The notes beneath the pieces are model-generated. The model was not told the DNA's origin. It worked only from the letters and a program-made list of their open reading frames with translations, and made no database searches. A stretch of DNA of 64,000 bases from Escherichia phage CJ20: the sequence record MT533174.1; one strand, written 5' to 3'. Position 1 is the stretch's first letter. Each line of letters opens with the position of its first letter. This document shows, in pieces, positions 49,489-58,485 of this stretch. The position numbers and the translations under genes were made by a program.

Positions 49489-50237
49489 TTCTTCAAGTCC
49501 TTCTCAACTAACGATAAAGCAATACCTCGTTCGATGGGAATCATATGCATGATGCTATCGAGCGTATATTGGTTCTTTACCAGCAAGTGGTTAATTTGAT
49601 AAAATACAAAGACTTCATCCGGGTTAAGGATAAGCTTAAAGACATCAATCAAGTCTGTATATTCGGTTTTGTGTTTTTCGCAGCAACCATATGTAAATGG
49701 AATATAAACTGAATGCATTTTCTTAAGGAGCTCTTCGAGACTCTCTATATCAATTGCATCAATAACCTGCATCTTCGTTTCTTCAGGAAGGTCTTCCCAA
49801 TTGTACTTTTGTTCTGAGTCTTCGACAGTCTGGATGGTGTTTAGAACAAGCTCCGACTTATCTTTATATTCCACTTCAGGGAACTTAAATTGTATTTTTA
49901 TCCCTGCAGTTTCCATTGTCGGATTTATCAATGGACCTTGACTCATATTAAACAAAGTCTGCTTTGTCTTTTTACATTTTTGACATTCGAACGCTACCGG
50001 GACTTTTGTCTTACCGATAGAGGAAGTGAATACCTTCAGGAATATATAAGGTCTCCATGCTTTCGGATACTCTCCAAAATAATCTTCCAACAGTTCGTCT
50101 AATAATTGTTTTTGTTCTTCGACGGATTTGTTGTTCATGTCGTTCCGCACAAGCAGTAAATCACGGTAATCAGCGACTGTAAACGGTTTGAAACGATGAA
50201 CTCCGTCTGGCATTTCACATCTTACGATATTGGCCAT
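49485..50237 (-). CDS. 51: baseplate hub assembly catalyst gp51 (250 aa)
   Basis: Size equals T4 gp51 (249 aa); position between 27 and 26; Cys-rich segments. Confidence 0.65.
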   Translation of the reverse strand: MANIVRCEMPDGVHRFKPFTVADYRDLLLVRNDMNNKSVEEQKQLLDELLEDYFGEYPKAWRPYIFLKVFTSSIGKTKVPVAFECQKCKKTKQTLFNMSQGPLINPTMETAGIKIQFKFPEVEYKDKSELVLNTIQTVEDSEQKYNWEDLPEETKMQVIDAIDIESLEELLKKMHSVYIPFTYGCCEKHKTEYTDLIDVFKLILNPDEVFVFYQINHLLVKNQYTLDSIMHMIPIERGIALSLVEKDLKK

Positions 50238-50261
50238 AGAATCCCCTTTTATCTTTATTGA

Positions 50262-50273
50262 TATTTATAAATA
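50262..50273. promoter_or_regulatory. overlapping divergent late promoters (TATTTATAAATA) for gene 51 (-) and gene 26 (+)
   Basis: TATAAATA reads on plus strand at 50266-50273 and on minus strand at 50262-50269. Confidence 0.55.
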
Positions 50274-50290
50274 CAGTAAAGGAGCAAATT

Positions 50291-50914
50291 ATGACTTATG
50301 AATTTATTGTCCAAATTAAAAATAAAACTATAAATTGTAGGGCTTTTACCTTGCGCGAATACAAAGATTTGCTTCAGGCAAAATTAGAAAAGCGTATGGA
50401 ACCTGCAATAATTGAACTGCTTAATAAATGCACTGATGCTAAAGGGTTAAACAAACAGGAAGCTGAACTGCTTCTTATTAATCTCTGGGCAAATAGTCTC
50501 GGAGCTGTTAATGTCGAGCATACATGGGTATGCGAGTGTGGAAAGGAACAAGATATTCCTGTGACTATAAGTCGCGCAAGCATCGTGGATGAGTCTGAAG
50601 TTATTCGTGATTTCGGGGCGTTTAAAATTAAATTCCGTTATCCTGGACTGTTTGAAGATGGCGATAAAGGAAAAATGATTGCTTGTTGTATCGAATATAT
50701 TATCACGGAAGGCGGCGAGCGCATCGTTGTTGATGACTTAAATGAAGCCGAAATCGAGGACCTGTACAATGCAATTACCCTCGATGATATAAATGCACTA
50801 ACGGAAGAACTTCTCAAGCCACAGGTCCAAATGGCTATTCCTATCTCTTGCGAGTGTGGAGCGCATTCTGTCCATGTAATTAAGGGGCTTAAAGAATTCT
50901 TTAAGTTTATGTAA
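50291..50914 (+). CDS. 26: baseplate hub subunit gp26 (207 aa)
   Basis: ATG after AAAGGAGCAAATT RBS gives a length near T4 gp26 (208 aa); position. Confidence 0.65.
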   Translation: MTYEFIVQIKNKTINCRAFTLREYKDLLQAKLEKRMEPAIIELLNKCTDAKGLNKQEAELLLINLWANSLGAVNVEHTWVCECGKEQDIPVTISRASIVDESEVIRDFGAFKIKFRYPGLFEDGDKGKMIACCIEYIITEGGERIVVDDLNEAEIEDLYNAITLDDINALTEELLKPQVQMAIPISCECGAHSVHVIKGLKEFFKFM

Positions 50915-51304
50915 ATGAATATAAACAAAATGTATAGCGATGTATCTCCTGACTTGTCAATGAGTTGGGATAAAGACGTTGCTAAAGTAACTGGCGCAAG
51001 GTCCGTTAAGAACAGCCTTCTGGGAATAATCACCACAAGAAAAGGGTCAAGGCCTTTTATGCCTGAATTTGGATGTGATATAAGTAATCAGCTTTTTGAG
51101 AATATCACTCCATTAATCACAGATACCATTAAACGCAACATCGTCTCCGCGGTGCGGAACTTCGAACCGAGGATAAGCAATCTACAGGTTGCAGTTGTCC
51201 CTATGTATGATGATAACTCCATTATCGTAACGGTTCAGTTCAGCATTGTTGATGACCCTGATACCCTCGAACAAATCAGGATTCAGCTAAGTCAAAACGG
51301 TTAA
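50915..51304 (+). CDS. 25: baseplate wedge protein gp25 (129 aa)
   Basis: Strong similarity to recalled T4 gp25 (KNSLLGIITTRKGSRPF, PEFGCD, QLFEN). Confidence 0.85.
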   Translation: MNINKMYSDVSPDLSMSWDKDVAKVTGARSVKNSLLGIITTRKGSRPFMPEFGCDISNQLFENITPLITDTIKRNIVSAVRNFEPRISNLQVAVVPMYDDNSIIVTVQFSIVDDPDTLEQIRIQLSQNG

Positions 51305-51329
51305 TGCTTTAATTTTATGGCTGTATAAT
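51303..51329 (+). promoter_or_regulatory. middle promoter (MotA box AATGCTTTA, 12 bp spacer, -10 TATAAT) followed by GGTTCTAGACCC palindrome
   Basis: Sequence architecture upstream of uvsY. Confidence 0.55.
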
Positions 51330-51357
51330 GGTTCTAGACCCTTACATTGGATACATT

Positions 51358-51792
51358 ATGAAAACAGAGATTGAATATAAGTTGGAAGTATTTCAGGACG
51401 AGTTAGATGCAGATTTAAAAATTGATGGTACACAACTTCAATATGAAACACAAAACAACGTTTTGTTGCATAGCAAATGGTTGAGATTGTATACTAACTG
51501 CAAGAAAGAAATAATGCGTCTTGAGATTCAGAAGAAAACTGCACTGAAAAAACGACTAGACCATTATACAGGAAGGGGTGACCCAGGGGAAGAAGTATGC
51601 ATGGATGTATACGAGAAGTCAGAATTGAAAACAGTCATGGCCGCGGATTCAAGCGTGCTGAAGATTGATACTTCAATTCAATATTGGGCACTACTCCAGG
51701 ACTTCTGTAGCGCTGCATTAGATGGTGTTAAGTCACGAAGTTTCGCACTTAAACATATGTTAGAAATAAGACAATTCGAGGCAGGTAAATGA
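51358..51792 (+). CDS. uvsY: recombination mediator UvsY (144 aa)
   Basis: Strong similarity to recalled T4 UvsY (TQLQYE, LYSKWL, YSGRGD, DTSIQYW, LDGVKSRSFALKH). Confidence 0.8.
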   Translation: MKTEIEYKLEVFQDELDADLKIDGTQLQYETQNNVLLHSKWLRLYTNCKKEIMRLEIQKKTALKKRLDHYTGRGDPGEEVCMDVYEKSELKTVMAADSSVLKIDTSIQYWALLQDFCSAALDGVKSRSFALKHMLEIRQFEAGK

Positions 51793-51933
51793 TGAAACAG
51801 AATATTAGTAAGATTCTCGACGAGATGGTTATCTCTGCAAACTGAATAACTGAAATTGTTAATGAGATGAAAGCTCGTGCTGCTATTATGAAGAGTACTA
51901 AATAGATATGTAAGTTTAACTGAGGAGACAATC

Positions 51934-52101
51934 ATGTCAGATAAGATTTGTGTTGTCTGTAAAACTCCAATCGATTCTGCGTTGGTTGTGGATACAGACC
52001 AAGGTCCGGTGCATCCGGGCGCTTGTTATAATTATGTTCAGAGTTTGCCAGTTACGGAAAATACAGAAGAGCAACTGAACGAGACCCAACTTTTAATTTA
52101 G
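51934..52101 (+). CDS. small Cys-containing protein (55 aa), possible zinc ribbon
   Basis: CVVC...C motif; lies between uvsY and the terminator, as the uvsY.-x genes do in T4. Confidence 0.3.
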   Translation: MSDKICVVCKTPIDSALVVDTDQGPVHPGACYNYVQSLPVTENTEEQLNETQLLI

Positions 52102-52125
52102 CTAGTGTTGTTAACCATTTTGGTT

Positions 52126-52156
52126 TTGCCCCTTCCTTTTGGTTGGGGCCTTTTTA
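52126..52156 (+). terminator. rho-independent terminator (GCCCC / GGGGC stem, 12 nt loop, U-run)
   Basis: Hairpin plus T5 run between convergent uvsY operon and uvsW.1. Confidence 0.5.
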
Positions 52157-52157
52157 T

Positions 52158-52385
52158 TTAGAAATCTTCGTCTTCTTCATCGTCCATATCCTCAAGCTCG
52201 GCACGTTTACCGGCAAGAGCGTCACGAACACTGATATCATCGGAATCTTTCAATTCAGCTTCTTTGCTGCGCTTTTTATAATAACCTTCCAGCTCCTTCA
52301 GACCGTCCATGGTCTGACAAGAACCTATCTTAGACATGAAGCTTTCAATTGCCGCTTCATACATAATTTCTTCAAATGACTTCAT
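52158..52385 (-). CDS. uvsW.1: UvsW.1-like acidic protein (75 aa)
   Basis: Small ORF immediately downstream of uvsW with acidic C-terminus, as T4 UvsW.1. Confidence 0.55.
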   Translation of the reverse strand: MKSFEEIMYEAAIESFMSKIGSCQTMDGLKELEGYYKKRSKEAELKDSDDISVRDALAGKRAELEDMDDEEDEDF

Positions 52386-53884
52386 TATATTTCCACCTGT
52401 TTAATGATATAATTGAATTTTTCGTCTGCATACCGCTGAATACGTTCTAATGCGTGTTTCAGTGCAAAGTTAATATGAACATATTTCTTTTTAGCGTTTG
52501 CTGATTTGGGTTTGACCCCCATATCATCCACGATGTCCCACACGTTTGCGGTCGATTTGGATTCATGTTTTCGAAGTACACGACCAATTGTCTGGAGTAC
52601 AATTACCTTTGACTTGACCGGGTGAGCGAAAATAATATGATGGAGGTTTTTAACGGAAATCCCCGTTGAGAATACACCGTATGAAGCTACAACAATAATT
52701 CCCTTTCCATTCTCTGCCATGACCTTCAGAGCATTACGGGTTTCGGTATCAACTTCCCCGGAAACATAATACACATTCTCATGACCGGCTTCCTTAAGCA
52801 TTTCAAACATCGATTTACCGTGCTCGATATTCTTAAACATCAAAAAGACGTTTTCATCTTTTTTAGCAAGCTTAAGTGCAAGGTTTGTTACCCATTTATT
52901 TCTACGCGTAGCTTTCGTAATTACCTTGATTTCATCCTGATAAGTTTTACCTTTCATTTTAACGGTGAATTCATCAGGATATCGAAGGAAAATACTATTT
53001 ATCTTAAGGTCAGTAACTTGTCCTTCATCCATTAATTGGGATGTGGATACTGGTTTAAAGATATCACCAAACAGACCCATATATTGCATAAGGTTTGCTT
53101 TGCCGTCACGGAGAGAACCAGAGAGACCAAATTTAAACATACAATTAGTCAGGCCTTCGATAACGGTCGAAATGGATTTACCAGTAGCCATATGGCATTC
53201 ATCATTCATAAACTGACCGAACTGTGAAAACCATTCTTTAGGTTGTTTTACTGCCGTCTGATAAGTAGACACATAAATCATTGCATCCGAATCACGTTTA
53301 GTTCCGGAACGGATACCGAGACAAGCTTCTCGAGGGAACAATCTATAATCAACAAAGTCATTAATCATCTGGTCAACGAGCGCAGTTGTAGGTACAAGGA
53401 TAAGAACCTTGCCTTCATAGTTCTCGAGATAATATCGCGCCAGAAGCGCCTGGATGAGGCTTTTACCTGCAGATGTAGGTAAGTTCAATATTTTTCTTCT
53501 GTTGACCAGACCGTCGTATACGGCGTCTGTTTGGTACCAATGGGGAGTAATCTTGGTATGGCCTGAATAGATTTCTTTTGACTCGACCCATTTGTCGAAT
53601 TCTTCGCGAGAGATTTCTTCTTTCTCGGTGATTTGCGGGTCAATCCAAAATGAATAACCAAACTGGTCAGCGAATTTTTTAATCTGGTTAACTAAGCCGT
53701 ACGGTAATTTACGGTTATAATCCAGGAGACGGATACGTCCGTCCCAAACTCCCGCTTTGAATTTAGGGTTAAACCGATAGTTTTCGGCTTCAAAACTGAA
53801 ATAGTCACGGAGTTCATAGAAGATGCTATCTTCACATTCAACATGTACATGACTAAAATTTAAAAAGTTGATTTTGATATCCAT
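52385..53884 (-). CDS. uvsW: SF2 DNA helicase UvsW (about 499 aa)
   Basis: Walker A PTSAGKS, DECH box, helicase motifs; start at MDIKINF as in T4; track start 53923 adds 13 codons. Confidence 0.85.
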   Translation of the reverse strand: MDIKINFLNFSHVHVECEDSIFYELRDYFSFEAENYRFNPKFKAGVWDGRIRLLDYNRKLPYGLVNQIKKFADQFGYSFWIDPQITEKEEISREEFDKWVESKEIYSGHTKITPHWYQTDAVYDGLVNRRKILNLPTSAGKSLIQALLARYYLENYEGKVLILVPTTALVDQMINDFVDYRLFPREACLGIRSGTKRDSDAMIYVSTYQTAVKQPKEWFSQFGQFMNDECHMATGKSISTVIEGLTNCMFKFGLSGSLRDGKANLMQYMGLFGDIFKPVSTSQLMDEGQVTDLKINSIFLRYPDEFTVKMKGKTYQDEIKVITKATRRNKWVTNLALKLAKKDENVFLMFKNIEHGKSMFEMLKEAGHENVYYVSGEVDTETRNALKVMAENGKGIIVVASYGVFSTGISVKNLHHIIFAHPVKSKVIVLQTIGRVLRKHESKSTANVWDIVDDMGVKPKSANAKKKYVHINFALKHALERIQRYADEKFNYIIKQVEI

Positions 53885-53912
53885 GATGATTCCAAGGTAA
53901 TAAATATATCTA

Positions 53913-53920
53913 TATTTATA
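53913..53920 (-). promoter_or_regulatory. late promoter TATAAATA upstream of uvsW
   Basis: TATAAATA on minus strand about 30 nt upstream of uvsW ATG. Confidence 0.5.
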
Positions 53921-53938
53921 CAATAACCGAGGTTCATT

Positions 53939-54607
53939 ATGATTGATAAGAACTATATTGAGGAAATTCGTGTCCTCGAGAAAAAAGAAGCCAAAGAAAA
54001 ATTAGCCAAATATGCAGCATCACTTGGTGTTGATGTTAAGAAAACAAAAACCTTTGATAATATGTTGACTGACCTGGAAGCAGGACTTAAAGCATTTGCT
54101 GACATGCCTATGCCTGATGATAATGAAGGCCTGAGCATCACTGACCTTATCGATGCCGATGATGAATTGTCAGGTGCTAAATTTGATGGCGATGAGTCAG
54201 CTAAAGAAGAAGCTAAACTCTTATTTGATGCTCCAACCGAAGCAAAGGTTGAAGTTGTTGAAATCGAAGAACCAACAGTTGTTGTGGTTGAAGAAGACGT
54301 TCCTTTTGTCGAAGAAAAGTTCGAAGCTGCTGTTGCTAAGGTTATCGAATCTGAAAAACCTGTATTTGCTCTGCCAAAAAACTTTAGTCCAAATCTTATG
54401 CTTATTGGCAAGAACCCTGGATTCTGTACTGTTCCATGGTGGATTTATCAGTGGATTGCCGAGACTCCAGATTGGAAAGAACGTCCAACTGCTTTCCCAC
54501 ATCCCACCGCGCACCAAACTCTATTTAGTTTGATTTATTACATCAATCGTAATGGGTCTGTTCTAGTACGAGAAACTCGTAACTCATCTTTTGTCACTTT
54601 AAAATAA
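53939..54607 (+). CDS. hypothetical acidic protein (222 aa); position and size compatible with Inh
   Basis: Size near T4 Inh (226 aa) and position next to hoc; acidic central region; by position only. Confidence 0.4.
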   Translation: MIDKNYIEEIRVLEKKEAKEKLAKYAASLGVDVKKTKTFDNMLTDLEAGLKAFADMPMPDDNEGLSITDLIDADDELSGAKFDGDESAKEEAKLLFDAPTEAKVEVVEIEEPTVVVVEEDVPFVEEKFEAAVAKVIESEKPVFALPKNFSPNLMLIGKNPGFCTVPWWIYQWIAETPDWKERPTAFPHPTAHQTLFSLIYYINRNGSVLVRETRNSSFVTLK

Positions 54608-54616
54608 GGGTTTATT

Positions 54617-55465
54617 ATGGCTTATACCGTAACTATTGCTCCTTTGGCGGCTACGGCCGTTATTGGAGCAACAACCAATTTCACTGCGACCGGTTCCGGT
54701 GCTGCAGCTGAAGGTACCGAATCATTTGTCTGGACCGTTGATGGCGTTCCTCAATCTTCTGTGACTGCTGCAATGGATTATGTTGCTGTTGGTCCAGCAG
54801 GCAGTAAGACTATTAAAGTTGTTGCAACAACTACACCAGCGGACGGCGGACCAGAAACAGCTGAAGCCGAAACAACTTTAACTATCCAGAATAAAACAAT
54901 GTCTGGTGTTTCTGTGACATTAACCCCAGCTTCGATTAATGTTCCGGAAGACACCATAGCTTCATTTAAAGCAGATGTAGTTGGCGCACCGAGTGGAGCT
55001 ACTTTTGCCTATTCTTGGAAGAAAGACGGTTCTCCTGTAGTTGGCACCACGGATACTTTAGCAATCGATACAAGCGCCGAAGGTTCCCAGTTAATTGAAG
55101 TTTCTGTTGTTGTATCTGCTACAGATTATAATCCTGTTACAGTTACCAAAACCGGTAATGTAACTATCACAGCCAAAGTCGCGCCAGTTCCAGAGGGTGA
55201 ACTACCTTACGTTCATCCGCTGCCAGTTCGTAATTCAGCTTATATCTGGTGTGGTTGGTGGGTTATGGACGAAATTCAGAAAATGACTCTTGCTGGGCAA
55301 GACTGGAAAACTGATGCTCCAGATAGCCCGTATTATTTGCACCGATATACCCTTCAAAAAATGATTACCGACTATCCAGAGGTTGATGTACAGGAATCTC
55401 GTAATGGTCGAATTATTCATCGCACCGCTTTAGAAGCTGGTATTATATACGATTACGTTTATTAA
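54617..55465 (+). CDS. hoc: Hoc-like outer capsid decoration protein with Ig-like repeats (282 aa)
   Basis: Thr/Val/Ala-rich beta-strand repeats typical of Ig-like domains, then Trp-rich C-terminal domain; position after inh. Confidence 0.5.
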   Translation: MAYTVTIAPLAATAVIGATTNFTATGSGAAAEGTESFVWTVDGVPQSSVTAAMDYVAVGPAGSKTIKVVATTTPADGGPETAEAETTLTIQNKTMSGVSVTLTPASINVPEDTIASFKADVVGAPSGATFAYSWKKDGSPVVGTTDTLAIDTSAEGSQLIEVSVVVSATDYNPVTVTKTGNVTITAKVAPVPEGELPYVHPLPVRNSAYIWCGWWVMDEIQKMTLAGQDWKTDAPDSPYYLHRYTLQKMITDYPEVDVQESRNGRIIHRTALEAGIIYDYVY

Positions 55466-55469
55466 TTAA

Positions 55470-55498
55470 AAAGGGACCTTCGGGTCCCTTTGTTTTTA
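55470..55498 (+). terminator. rho-independent terminator after hoc (GGGACC-UUCG-GGUCCC + U-run)
   Basis: Canonical hairpin and T-run. Confidence 0.75.
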
Positions 55499-55581
55499 TG
55501 GTACTGTACAAACGTTGCCTGGCATAAAAACCCTGTTTACAAGTTAAAAATTCCATGTTAAGATAGCTTCACTAACTCAAC

Positions 55582-55785
55582 ATGAGAATCATTATGGATA
55601 AGGTTAAAGTACATTTTCTGCATGAATCTGGTATGACATTTATTGAAATCGCCAAGGTATTAGGCGGGACTGCTAAAGAGATGGCAAAAGCCTGGGTTGA
55701 TGTAGAACAAGCTAAAGCTAAATTTAAAGCGAAAGAAAAGATTGTTTATCGTAAACGTTTGAATAACAAAAAGGTGAAGAAATGA
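55582..55785 (+). CDS. hypothetical small basic protein (67 aa)
   Basis: ORF with basic C-terminus; GMTFIEIAKVLGGTAKEMAKAW resembles a helix-turn-helix by eye. Confidence 0.4.
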   Translation: MRIIMDKVKVHFLHESGMTFIEIAKVLGGTAKEMAKAWVDVEQAKAKFKAKEKIVYRKRLNNKKVKK

Positions 55786-56045
55786 CATTTGCAGAAGAAC
55801 TACGCCAAATAGCCAAAGAGTCACAAGATAAAGTTGCAAATGACTTTATTGCTATATTTCGCAAAGTGGCTATTGCCGCTGCCGAGAATGGCAAAGATGC
55901 TGTTAATATGGCAGTTTCTGAAAAAGAGTATGAAGAAGGAAACCGTGCAAAGATATCTGAATTTCTGCGGGCAGAAAAATTTACATCATTTACCTGGAAT
56001 TATGACTGGCAAGAAGCCAAGCCCATGCTGTATGTAAAATTCTGA
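55782..56045 (+). CDS. hypothetical protein (87 aa)
   Basis: ATGA overlap with previous ORF. Confidence 0.45.
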   Translation: MTFAEELRQIAKESQDKVANDFIAIFRKVAIAAAENGKDAVNMAVSEKEYEEGNRAKISEFLRAEKFTSFTWNYDWQEAKPMLYVKF

Positions 56046-56050
56046 CCCTT

Positions 56051-56078
56051 TTTGCTTCAAATAAAAATGCGGTATAAT
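56051..56078 (+). promoter_or_regulatory. middle promoter (MotA box TTTGCTTCA, 13 bp spacer, -10 TATAAT) followed by GGTTCTAGACCC palindrome
   Basis: Same architecture and identical downstream palindrome as the uvsY promoter. Confidence 0.5.
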
Positions 56079-56174
56079 GGTTCTAGACCCTTTGTGACTA
56101 TTAATTCCTTTCAGAGAAAGAAAGTATAGTGGGTCTAATTTATAATGATATTTATAACATCAAAGTGAGAGATT

Positions 56175-57182
56175 ATGTTTAAAAAATACAACAGCCTTGA
56201 AAATCACTATAACAACAAGTTCATTGAAAAGATTCGTCTACAAGGCTTCACCAGCGGTGAATGGGTAGCTCGTGAAAAGATTCATGGTACCAATTTTTCA
56301 TTAATTATTGAACAAGACAATGTGACATGCGCGAAACGCACTGGACCTATCCTACCCGCAGAAGATTTCTATGGTTATGAAATTGTATTAAAGAACTACG
56401 CAGATTCTATTAAATCTGTGCAGAAACTTTTGCAGGATATTAATTACCAGGCTTACCAGATTTATGGCGAGTTTGCCGGGGCAGGTATCCAGAAGAATGT
56501 GGATTACGGTGATAAAGATTTCTATGTGTTTGATATCCGCGTTACTAAGGAAGATGGCTCTGAATCCGTCCTGACTGACACACTTATGGAAGCCTTCTGC
56601 ATTATTCATAAGTTTAAAGTTGCTCCGCGCCTGGCTACCGGAAGCTTTGAAGACCTTATTAAACTCCCTAATGACCTGGATTCTGTGGTCCCTGATTACA
56701 ATTTTACAGTGGATAACGCAGGATTGACTACAGCAAATACCACTGATTTTGATGCAAAGGTGGAAGGTAAAGTATTCACTGCTGAAGGATTTGTATTAAA
56801 ACCTGATGTTCCTGCCTGGTTACCTAACGGCGAGCGTGTAGCGATTAAATGTAAGAACTCTAAATTCAGTGAAAAGAAAAAGTCTGATAAACCTATTAAG
56901 GCTGCTGTTGTGTTGTCCCAGGAAGACCTGGATATTTTATGGAAGTTCACTGATTATGTGACTGTTAACCGTATTAATAATGTTATCAGTAAGATTGGTG
57001 AAGTATCTCCGAAAGACTTTGGAAAGGTAATGGGTTTGACTGTCCAGGATATCCTGGAAGAAGCTGGTCGTGAAGGCCTTGAATTGACCCAGTCAGAAAA
57101 TCCTGTTGAAGTTAAAAAGCAACTTATCACAAATGTAAGAGAAACATTAAGACATGTTTGGATTGCATTAATTAGTGAATAA
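56175..57182 (+). CDS. rnlB: RNA ligase 2 (335 aa)
   Basis: Motif I KIHGTN; near-identical N-terminus to recalled T4 Rnl2. Confidence 0.85.
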   Translation: MFKKYNSLENHYNNKFIEKIRLQGFTSGEWVAREKIHGTNFSLIIEQDNVTCAKRTGPILPAEDFYGYEIVLKNYADSIKSVQKLLQDINYQAYQIYGEFAGAGIQKNVDYGDKDFYVFDIRVTKEDGSESVLTDTLMEAFCIIHKFKVAPRLATGSFEDLIKLPNDLDSVVPDYNFTVDNAGLTTANTTDFDAKVEGKVFTAEGFVLKPDVPAWLPNGERVAIKCKNSKFSEKKKSDKPIKAAVVLSQEDLDILWKFTDYVTVNRINNVISKIGEVSPKDFGKVMGLTVQDILEEAGREGLELTQSENPVEVKKQLITNVRETLRHVWIALISE

Positions 57183-57185
57183 AAA

Positions 57186-57212
57186 AAGGGCCGCAAGGCC
57201 CTTATTCTTTTT
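57186..57212. terminator. bidirectional terminator (GGGCC-GCAA-GGCCC flanked by A7 and T-rich runs)
   Basis: Between convergent rnlB (+) and gp24 paralogue (-). Confidence 0.7.
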
Positions 57213-58485
57213 CCAGTGGTGGAAGTTTAACACCAAGATAAGAACTCAATTGGCTTTGGTTAGCCATCTTATCCATATCAGCCCCATCAATAAGGCGGGC
57301 TTCTTTATCATCTTTAGCAACGGTGTAGGGGTTAGCTGTCAAAGCATAACGAGCTAACAGTGCAACCGTAGGCTGTAAGCTTTCAGGGTCAACAATAACC
57401 TTGAATTCCCCAACCGATGTATCACCCTCATCATCAACTTCGCTAAGCCCTTCCGTATAAGGCGCATAATACAAAGATGCGACCGTCTGACCCTCGCCCA
57501 TATCCGCATTTACGCCAACAATAACATAATCGCATGGACTATTCATATCTGCATAAAGAGGCAAACCGTTCTTCAGAACACCATAGGCCAATTCATCCTG
57601 GTCTTCCTTTTTCTCAACCCAGCCAGAAGCGGCTAAAATAGCTGCACAACGGGAAGAAGCAACCGCATATGTACCAGCAAACGAAGTCTGACGTTGAACT
57701 GCAGAATTCATTTCACACATATAATAATACAGGGTTCGTGCGCGGTCCTGTGCGTTATCATATTTCGGGTCAGTGAGATTCAACACACCTTTTTCAGAAA
57801 CACCTTGTACCTTGAAGCGAGAACTAACAGTAATAAGGGATTGCAATACATCCTTATTAATTTCCTCTGCCATTTGAATGCCGAGAATATTATCGATGAA
57901 GTCTGTTGCATCGAAACCGTTTGCTTCCAGGTCCTGAGCAAGCTCGACAGTTAAAGAAGTTTTCAACTTTCTGGATTTAACTTCAGTCTGCCATTTATCG
58001 ATACGGAAACCAGCTTCAGCAATTTCAGGATGCCCCTTTTCAAATTTATCAGTGAAAGCAGCATCTGACATCATTCTTATATGTCCAGCAGCAATGGCTT
58101 CAGAAATAACTTCACCTAAATCAGTTTCGAGTGTCCCGGCAAAGGGGGAAGCTTCCAGAACTTTGAATACAACGCTTTCAAACTGAAACATATCGCCGAC
58201 TGCATAAGCTTCGTCTTTGTTCGTAAATTCTGGGATATTCTTACGCTCGAACATACCAATCTGGCCCGCGAATGTCGCTCCACCAAGATATGTCATTTTA
58301 TCATCTGGGGTCAGAACACGAACACCATACAACGCTGCAACAGGCTGGGTAGTTTTCTGTTCGGCAACGAGTGCTTTAAAAATTCGTTTATTCGTGGCCT
58401 GGGTATAAGAAAGCAAATTAGGACGGGCGACCTGGTTGGCCGCCGTTAATGTTGATTCGTGAATTAGTGCGTTAATCTTTTGCAT
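57202..58485 (-). CDS. head vertex protein gp24 paralogue (427 aa), second tandem copy
   Basis: gp23/gp24-fold signature blocks shared with upstream copy; GAGG RBS; start abuts upstream stop (TAAATG). Confidence 0.75.
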   Translation of the reverse strand: MQKINALIHESTLTAANQVARPNLLSYTQATNKRIFKALVAEQKTTQPVAALYGVRVLTPDDKMTYLGGATFAGQIGMFERKNIPEFTNKDEAYAVGDMFQFESVVFKVLEASPFAGTLETDLGEVISEAIAAGHIRMMSDAAFTDKFEKGHPEIAEAGFRIDKWQTEVKSRKLKTSLTVELAQDLEANGFDATDFIDNILGIQMAEEINKDVLQSLITVSSRFKVQGVSEKGVLNLTDPKYDNAQDRARTLYYYMCEMNSAVQRQTSFAGTYAVASSRCAAILAASGWVEKKEDQDELAYGVLKNGLPLYADMNSPCDYVIVGVNADMGEGQTVASLYYAPYTEGLSEVDDEGDTSVGEFKVIVDPESLQPTVALLARYALTANPYTVAKDDKEARLIDGADMDKMANQSQLSSYLGVKLPPLEKE

